Source of the DNA: Candidatus Iainarchaeum sp.
GTDB taxonomy: Archaea; Iainarchaeota; Iainarchaeia; Iainarchaeales; JAGVWC01
Length of the DNA: 64,000 nucleotides
Direction of reading: 5' to 3'
NCBI GenBank assembly: GCA_018304465.1
Contig: JAGVWC010000010.1
Location: forward strand, 1-64,000
Positions 57,983-64,000 of this stretch are shown piece by piece. The position numbers and the translations under genes are program-made. The notes below the pieces were generated by a model. That model worked only from the letters and a program-made list of their open reading frames with translations. It was not told the origin of the DNA and made no database searches. Within the stretch, counting starts at the first letter, position 1; each line of letters begins with the position of its first letter.

Positions 57983-60900
57983 ATGTCGTTTATTGTAGAA
58001 CAGGATATCGAAGAAGCCGCCTTGGACATTTTGAAGGAATTAGGGTACACGATCTATTATGGGCCATCTATTGCGGTGGATGGTGAAAATCCAAAAAGAA
58101 CGGCTCGAGACGACGTAGTGTTGAAAGAGCATTTAATCACCGCAGTCCGAAAGATAAACCCACCCTCAATTCCTACTGTGGCAATTGAAGAAGCTGTCAA
58201 AAAAGTAATGAGAACCACGAGTGCAAAAACAATTGTGGATAATGAACGATTCCACGAGTTTTTAGTAAATGGCGTTGAAGTCGAAATCCGAGTCAAAGAC
58301 CGAATAAAAGGAATCAGTGTAAAACTATTTGATTTTGAAAAACCTGAAAACAACGATTTTGTTGCGATTAATCAAGTTACAATCGTAGAAAATGGAAATA
58401 ACCGACGACCAGACATTCTCCTGTTTGTAAACGGTTTGCCCCTGGGTTTACTCGAGTTGAAAAATCCTGCTGCACCCAATGCAACCATTTATTCGGCTTT
58501 TGAACAAGTCCAAACGTATTTAGCCGAAATTCCAAGTGTCTTTACGTATAATGAATTTGTTATTTTGGCGGATGGAACCACCGCCAAAATCGGGTCAATC
58601 ACTTCGCCTTGGGAATGGTTTTTGCCCTGGAGAACCATCGACGGAAAAAGCCGCGCCCCAAAAACAATCCCTCAATTAGAAGTTGTATTGAAAGGAATGT
58701 GCAATCAAAAAGTCGTTTTAGACTTGGTCAAAAACTTTGTCGGATACCAAAAAACAAAAAAAGAAACCATCAAAGTCATCGGCGGTTATCACCAATATCA
58801 TGCCGCCAACAAAGCCGTGGAACGAACCGTCAAAGCGATTGGAGGATCAAAAAAAGCCGGTGTCGTTTGGCATACGCAAGGAACGGGAAAATCCCTGACC
58901 ATGGCTTTTTTTGTCGGAAAAATAACTCGCGATCCTCGAATGAGAAATCCTTCCATTGTTTTACTCACAGACCGAAACGATTTGGATGACCAATTGTTTA
59001 ATACTTTTTCAGATTATCGCCAGATATTTCGCGAAACCCCCAAAAAAATCAACAACCAGCCCGAACTAAAGGAAAGCTTGAAGATTTCATCGGGCGGAAT
59101 CTTTTTTACTACAATCCAAAAATTCTTAGACAAAAAAGAATCTTCTTTCGAGCTACTTTCAAAAAGAGACAATATTGTCGTTGTGGCCGATGAAGCCCAT
59201 CGAACGCAATATGGATTAAAAGGAAAAATCAGTAAAGATCAAAAATTACGATTTGGTTTTGCAAAATACTTAAGAGACGCGTTGCCGAATGCTTCTTTTC
59301 TTGGTTTTACTGGGACTCCGATTGATTTTGCCGATAAAAGTACTCGTGCGATTTTTGGGGATTACATTGACATTTATGACATGCATTCGGCAATTGAAGA
59401 TTGCCGCGTTGTTCGGATTTTTCACGAACCCAAACTGATTAAACTGGGAAAAAACGAGGATATTTTCAAAGAACTGGATCAAGACCTTGCGGATGTGACG
59501 GAATTTGAAGAACAAAACAACCGAGAATATCTAAAATCCAAGTGGAGCAAAGTAGAAGCATTGGTTGGAACAAAAACCAGGATTGAAACCATTGCCAATA
59601 CAATCGTAAAGCATTATGAATTACGCCAAGCCACGCAAAACGGAAAAGCATTGGTTGTTTGTATGAGCCGTCGAATTTGTGTGGACTTGCATGATCAAAT
59701 TAAGCGAATTCGACCCGAATGGTATCACACGGAAGATACTAAGGGACGGATAAAAATCATTATGACGGGTTCAGCTTCCGATGGAAAAGCTTGGCAAGAG
59801 CATATTCGCACCAAACAAAAAAGAAGAGAAATGGCAGAACTGTTTAAAGATTCTGATTCAGACTTCAAAATCGCTATTGTCAGAGATATGTGGTTAACCG
59901 GATTCGATGTTCCGGCATTAAATACCATGTATTTGGATAAACCCATTCGCCACCATAACCTTATGCAAGCCATTGCTCGCGTAAACCGCGTATACAAGGA
60001 CAAACAAGGCGGAATCGTGGTAGATTTTGTTGGGATTGCAGAAGAATTGAAGAAAGCCATTACTATTTACACACAAAGTGGCGGAAACGGAAGCCCCGCA
60101 TATGAAATCGAAGATGCAATCAAAGTAATGATGGAACGATACGAAGTTGTCAAATCAATCGTTGGCAAATTCGAATACGCAAAATTTTTTACCGGAACGC
60201 ATCAAGAAAAAATGCGCGTAATTCCGGGACTGATGGAACAGGTTCTTGGACAAGCAAAAGGAAAAGAACGTTTCATGAAAAACACCATTGCTCTGACGAG
60301 GGCATTTTCGTTGGCTTCCGCGACTCCGGAAGCCCAACAAATCCGAAACGATGTGGCGTTATTCCAAGCAATTACAAGTGCTTTTACAAAAACCGATACC
60401 ACTCAAGGCACGAGGTCCGATTTGATGGATACGGCCATCAAGCAACTGGTTTCCAAAGCAATCGAAGCCTACGGCGTAATCGATATTTATCGAGAACTCG
60501 GCGTGGAAAAACCAGAAATTTCAATTTTATCCGATAAGTTTCTAGATGAATTTCAAAAAATGGAATACAAAAACCTCGCATATGAAGCTTTGAAAAAATT
60601 GTTATATGAAGAAATTATCCTGCGATTTAAAACGAATAAAATAAAATCAAGAAAATTTTCGGAAATGCTCGAAGAAGCGATTCGAAAGTATACCAATCGA
60701 AGCATCGATTCCGCCCAAGTCGTCAAAGAACTCATCGAAATTGCTAAAGAAGTTCGAGAAGCCCAAAAACAAGGTGAAGAATTAGGTCTTTCAGAAGAAG
60801 AAGTCGCTTTTTACGATGCCTTGGCCAATAACGAAAGTGCGGTCGATTCATTAGGCGAAGAAATTCTGAAAAAAATTGCACGAGAATTAACCGATATGAT

Positions 60901-61090
60901 TAAGCAAAATACCTCTATTGATTGGAAATTCAGACAGAGTGTACGCGCCAAACTACGGCTCATGGTAAAAAAACTATTGAAAAAATATGGTTATCCTCCG
61001 GATAAAACTCAAATCGCAACAGATCTCGTGTTAGAACAAGCCGAAATTCTTTCCGATAAATGGGTAGATTTGCAGTACGCTACCGTGTGA
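57983..61090 (+). CDS. hsdR: Type I RM restriction subunit R
   Basis: RPDILLFVNGLPLGLLELK, WHTQGTGKS, DEAHR, FTGTP and QAIARVNR. Confidence 0.97.
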   Translation: MSFIVEQDIEEAALDILKELGYTIYYGPSIAVDGENPKRTARDDVVLKEHLITAVRKINPPSIPTVAIEEAVKKVMRTTSAKTIVDNERFHEFLVNGVEVEIRVKDRIKGISVKLFDFEKPENNDFVAINQVTIVENGNNRRPDILLFVNGLPLGLLELKNPAAPNATIYSAFEQVQTYLAEIPSVFTYNEFVILADGTTAKIGSITSPWEWFLPWRTIDGKSRAPKTIPQLEVVLKGMCNQKVVLDLVKNFVGYQKTKKETIKVIGGYHQYHAANKAVERTVKAIGGSKKAGVVWHTQGTGKSLTMAFFVGKITRDPRMRNPSIVLLTDRNDLDDQLFNTFSDYRQIFRETPKKINNQPELKESLKISSGGIFFTTIQKFLDKKESSFELLSKRDNIVVVADEAHRTQYGLKGKISKDQKLRFGFAKYLRDALPNASFLGFTGTPIDFADKSTRAIFGDYIDIYDMHSAIEDCRVVRIFHEPKLIKLGKNEDIFKELDQDLADVTEFEEQNNREYLKSKWSKVEALVGTKTRIETIANTIVKHYELRQATQNGKALVVCMSRRICVDLHDQIKRIRPEWYHTEDTKGRIKIIMTGSASDGKAWQEHIRTKQKRREMAELFKDSDSDFKIAIVRDMWLTGFDVPALNTMYLDKPIRHHNLMQAIARVNRVYKDKQGGIVVDFVGIAEELKKAITIYTQSGGNGSPAYEIEDAIKVMMERYEVVKSIVGKFEYAKFFTGTHQEKMRVIPGLMEQVLGQAKGKERFMKNTIALTRAFSLASATPEAQQIRNDVALFQAITSAFTKTDTTQGTRSDLMDTAIKQLVSKAIEAYGVIDIYRELGVEKPEISILSDKFLDEFQKMEYKNLAYEALKKLLYEEIILRFKTNKIKSRKFSEMLEEAIRKYTNRSIDSAQVVKELIEIAKEVREAQKQGEELGLSEEEVAFYDALANNESAVDSLGEEILKKIARELTDMIKQNTSIDWKFRQSVRAKLRLMVKKLLKKYGYPPDKTQIATDLVLEQAEILSDKWVDLQYATV

Positions 61091-61094
61091 GAAC

Positions 61095-61481
61095 ATGAAA
61101 TACTGGCTGGTAAATCGCTCATGGGAATCGTTTAAACGAACCCAAGAGTTTTGCGGTTTTATTTCTGAGACAGAAAGAGATAAAATCATTGTTGGAGACA
61201 AAATAGTATACTTTGGAAACGGGATTGTTTTAGGGGTTTTCGAAGCAATCGCGTTACCCAACTTCGAGTTTAAGGGTTGGCAAAAGAACTATCCTTTTCA
61301 AGTTAAGTTAAAATTGCTCTCCATCTCAAAACGAGGATTGCTCGCCAAACCACTGGAAAGCAAGATTTTGATGCAAAAAAGCCAAGGCCAATCCCAAAAC
61401 CTGGTTGAACTCACCGAAAAAGAATTCCATCAAATAAAAGACGTGATAGATGCCAATGAAAAGGAGTTGATATTTAAATGA
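61095..61481 (+). CDS. EVE/PUA-like domain protein
   Basis: MKYWL, IIVGDKIVYF and YPFQVKL. Confidence 0.75.
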   Translation: MKYWLVNRSWESFKRTQEFCGFISETERDKIIVGDKIVYFGNGIVLGVFEAIALPNFEFKGWQKNYPFQVKLKLLSISKRGLLAKPLESKILMQKSQGQSQNLVELTEKEFHQIKDVIDANEKELIFK

Positions 61482-61708
61482 CTGGGAAAGCATGGGTTGC
61501 TGGAATTCAAGAACCTGAAAAAATGGATTTGAATTGTCCGAAATGCGGCGCATTAAACGAAGTATTGTATTTTCCGGGCTTTACACAATCATATGCCGTT
61601 ACGGGTTCGACAGGTAAAGGAAGTCGAAGAATCGATCGCAAACCTGAAAAAGTTGACGGCGCGTGTAAGGATTGTGGGTACAAATTCAAGTCAAAGGATT
61701 TGGAGTAG
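61478..61708 (+). CDS. Zn-ribbon protein
   Basis: CPKCG...CKDCG; ATGA overlap with the EVE gene. Confidence 0.7.
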   Translation: MTGKAWVAGIQEPEKMDLNCPKCGALNEVLYFPGFTQSYAVTGSTGKGSRRIDRKPEKVDGACKDCGYKFKSKDLE

Positions 61709-62357
61709 CTTCACTAACTGAATAATAGGGTTCATGGTCGATAGGTTCTAATCGCATAAACTTAAATCGGTCCAAGTGATAGGCTACGATTGCTCGTTTG
61801 GCTTGCTTGCAAAACGTTTCGTCGTTGGTAACAAAGCGATTAAGATCCGTTTGAAGCATGGCGGCAATACATTCGATAAAAATTTCCCGGTCCTCAGAAT
61901 CGGAAAAAACAGCCGTTTTGAGTTTTTCCCATAACTCAAGTTGCTCCACAGTTAAGTCTGATAGCGAAACCCAATTAATTTTTCCGATGATTTCCGATAG
62001 TTTGGTTTCAAGGCTTGCTTTCGCCATCGGAATGCTGGTTTCAAAGTCAATTACGCCGATTCCGGTTTCATTTTTTCCAATCTCGGATAATATTAGTCGA
62101 TGAAAGTTTTCAAACTGAGGCGATAGTTTATTCAGTTCTTCAATTGTCGGCAAACAAAAATGGATATTTGTAAAAGCAATAATTTCAGAAAGCGAGTCCA
62201 AATAATGCTGTAGGAATTTAGTTCGGGTTTCAATGAGAACACTGTCCAAAAGGAATAATTCTTCTTTTTGGTCACGATAGTAACGGAAAGAAGCTTGATG
62301 CAAGCGATCTTTGGGATTAATCAAGCCAATAATCAAATTGGTATCATACGCGTACAT
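61686..62357 (-). CDS. PIN domain nuclease, extended
   Basis: YDTNLII..D.LH, E, EDREI and FVTND. Confidence 0.8.
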   Translation of the reverse strand: MYAYDTNLIIGLINPKDRLHQASFRYYRDQKEELFLLDSVLIETRTKFLQHYLDSLSEIIAFTNIHFCLPTIEELNKLSPQFENFHRLILSEIGKNETGIGVIDFETSIPMAKASLETKLSEIIGKINWVSLSDLTVEQLELWEKLKTAVFSDSEDREIFIECIAAMLQTDLNRFVTNDETFCKQAKRAIVAYHLDRFKFMRLEPIDHEPYYSVSEATPNPLT

Positions 62358-62365
62358 TTTTTTAC

Positions 62366-63070
62366 CTAAAAGTTAGTCAAGGCAGCCCAGTAATCTTTGA
62401 ACCGTTTCTTTTCTTCGTTAGAAACTGGGATCGGATTCGCCGCAATTGTTTTTAGCAATTGCTCTTCCGAAACAGTTTTGTTCAAAAAAGCGAATGTTTT
62501 GAGTAAAAGAACAATAAAAGAAATTTGAAAGCGTTCAATACGATTAGGGTTTTTGTTTTTTAGTTCTTGGATAATTACCTTGGTGAGAATGCTCAACTCA
62601 AGAATCGCTTGGTCAAAAACCAGAATTTTTTTGATCTGGGTTTTATCGTTCGTTAGACCGAGCGCATTATGATTAAACGTTCTGATTTCGGCTAGTTTTC
62701 CTTCAATTCGAACATACAATTGAAGCGTAAATGAAAGCTGCTGATTTTCGGGAATTGCCTCAATGTGCTTTCGTAACGAAGAAAACTTTTTACTTTCAAA
62801 CAAGTTTCGAAACGTATCCAGAACATTCTGTTGGTTCCTCGGGGATAATTCTGTTTTTCCCAGTTCTTCCATCGTTTTGAGTAACGAAGGATCAGGAGTG
62901 CTAGCAATTTTTTCGAGTTCTTGAAACGCTTTGACAAGCGCTTCACGCTTTGGTTGATGTAAGTCGACCTGTAATTGAGTGCTTGAAACCGATTGAATAA
63001 CATAGGTTAAGGGAGATAAGGCTAACTCAAAAGGGTTTGGCGTTACAGCATCGCTTTTTGATGGGTACAT
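62366..63070 (-). CDS. Helical hypothetical protein, partner of the PIN gene
   Basis: Ends 8 bp upstream of the PIN gene on the same strand. Confidence 0.7.
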   Translation of the reverse strand: MYPSKSDAVTPNPFELALSPLTYVIQSVSSTQLQVDLHQPKREALVKAFQELEKIASTPDPSLLKTMEELGKTELSPRNQQNVLDTFRNLFESKKFSSLRKHIEAIPENQQLSFTLQLYVRIEGKLAEIRTFNHNALGLTNDKTQIKKILVFDQAILELSILTKVIIQELKNKNPNRIERFQISFIVLLLKTFAFLNKTVSEEQLLKTIAANPIPVSNEEKKRFKDYWAALTNF

Positions 63071-63092
63071 AACAATCCATTCTTTTTTATTG

Positions 63093-63929
63093 TTAAAAAC
63101 ATATCGATTTTTCGTATTGTTGCGGATAAAGGAAGTTTAGGATGATTTTGGCGGTTTTTGAAATTGCTTCGAAAAAATAAGTTAAATCTTTGGAAGGAAA
63201 CCCCAAAGGTGCCAGATATACCGAACTTTTAGAGTTTAAGCCAATGGCTCTGGTCACTACATAGCAAACGCTTTCCGCTTGAATTTCTTTTGCTCGCGTA
63301 GGCAAAGAAGAATACGGTAAGGAATAATGTAATAACTCATGGGCGATCTCATGAATAAGTGTACAGGTTTTCATATCGATGGATTGATCTTCTCCAATAA
63401 TGATTTTTCCACCGGCACTATAACCGTAAGCATTGTGTAAGCCCAATTTTTCGAATGACACTTTTATTTTTTGAAGTTCACAAAATTCAATTAACCGAAG
63501 GAATGTTGATTCATGAAATGAACTATTAATCACTGGAGACGCATCTAGCAAAGGAGCTCCACTGGTTTGAGAAATATCAAACACGGATACGGAATGAAAA
63601 TATACCCGTGTTTCTTCCTCTTCATTTCCAGTAGTTTCAGATGAGGTTAATTTTTTCTTAAACGGAGCGAGAATTTTAATAGCTTTTTCTCCTGCGTTTA
63701 CCTGGCGACCCAATGCGCACCAGGCCCGATACCCTGCCACGCGCGTTGCGGTTTCTTTTTGCGCTAAGATAAGCAACTGGTTGCGATAAGAGTAATTCCA
63801 AAAACGAGTCAACAGGTCCAAGTAGTTCTTGAATTTCTCAGATTGACGAACTGAATTCGTTTCTTGGGCCAAATCCTCCAAATACTGTTTTATTTTTGTA
63901 TCGAGGATAGAATTTTCATACTGTTGCAT
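63093..63929 (-). CDS. ArdC-like ssDNA-binding antirestriction protein with HExxH domain
   Basis: YSYRNQLLI, VAGYRAW..LGRQV..GEKAI, VFDISQT and HEIAH..E..AE. Confidence 0.88.
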   Translation of the reverse strand: MQQYENSILDTKIKQYLEDLAQETNSVRQSEKFKNYLDLLTRFWNYSYRNQLLILAQKETATRVAGYRAWCALGRQVNAGEKAIKILAPFKKKLTSSETTGNEEEETRVYFHSVSVFDISQTSGAPLLDASPVINSSFHESTFLRLIEFCELQKIKVSFEKLGLHNAYGYSAGGKIIIGEDQSIDMKTCTLIHEIAHELLHYSLPYSSLPTRAKEIQAESVCYVVTRAIGLNSKSSVYLAPLGFPSKDLTYFFEAISKTAKIILNFLYPQQYEKSICF

Positions 63930-64000
63930 TCGAAGGAATATCTGCTGAGCTAAGAAGAATGTTTGTAGGCGCCGCATTGCCACTGATATTGTCGAAAAAA

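Larger units (their letters stand above)
54080..64000. mobile_element. AT-rich defence/mobile island continuing past the window
   Basis: Compositional shift plus type I RM, TIR, EVE, PIN and ArdC-like genes. Confidence 0.7.

Noticed and set aside
1-64000. DGR, retron, CRISPR-Cas or rRNA
   Set aside because: I found no reverse transcriptase motif, template/variable repeat pair, regular repeat-spacer array or rRNA-like segment.

Overview
Window from an archaeal chromosome: gatDE, an intron-containing tRNA, TATA-box promoters and a compact gene set. The style fits a DPANN lineage such as Diapherotrites, which is inference. (1) 1-~3900 is the end of an integrated element. It carries a tyrosine integrase, a wHTH regulator, a Zn-finger ORF and an MCM/AAA+-like replication ATPase that the ORF track misses, with iteron-like repeats inside its 3' part. 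(2) ~4000-54050 is core genome. It includes a ZIP transporter with a NikR-like regulator, gatCAB with a bacterial-type aspS and gatDE, fba, and surface and Ig-like proteins. It also has a KaiC-like ATPase, MacB/FtsX permeases, tRNA-Leu(UAG) with an intron, tRNA-Val(CAC), an intein-containing HerA-like ATPase, a free-standing LAGLIDADG nuclease and an XPD/DinG helicase. Scattered through it are about ten orphan, very basic proteins with Lys/Arg/Pro-rich leaders. A small accessory-gene array punctuated by a degenerate ~60-75 bp repeat lies at 11.9-15 kb. (3) ~54080-64000 is an AT-rich defence/mobile island: hsdM-TIR-hsdS-hsdR-EVE-Zn ribbon, a PIN pair and an ArdC-like gene. The best candidates for undescribed systems are the TIR embedded in the type I RM operon, the basic-leader orphan repertoire and the repeat-punctuated cassette array. 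All family calls come from reading motifs by eye; no searches were run.
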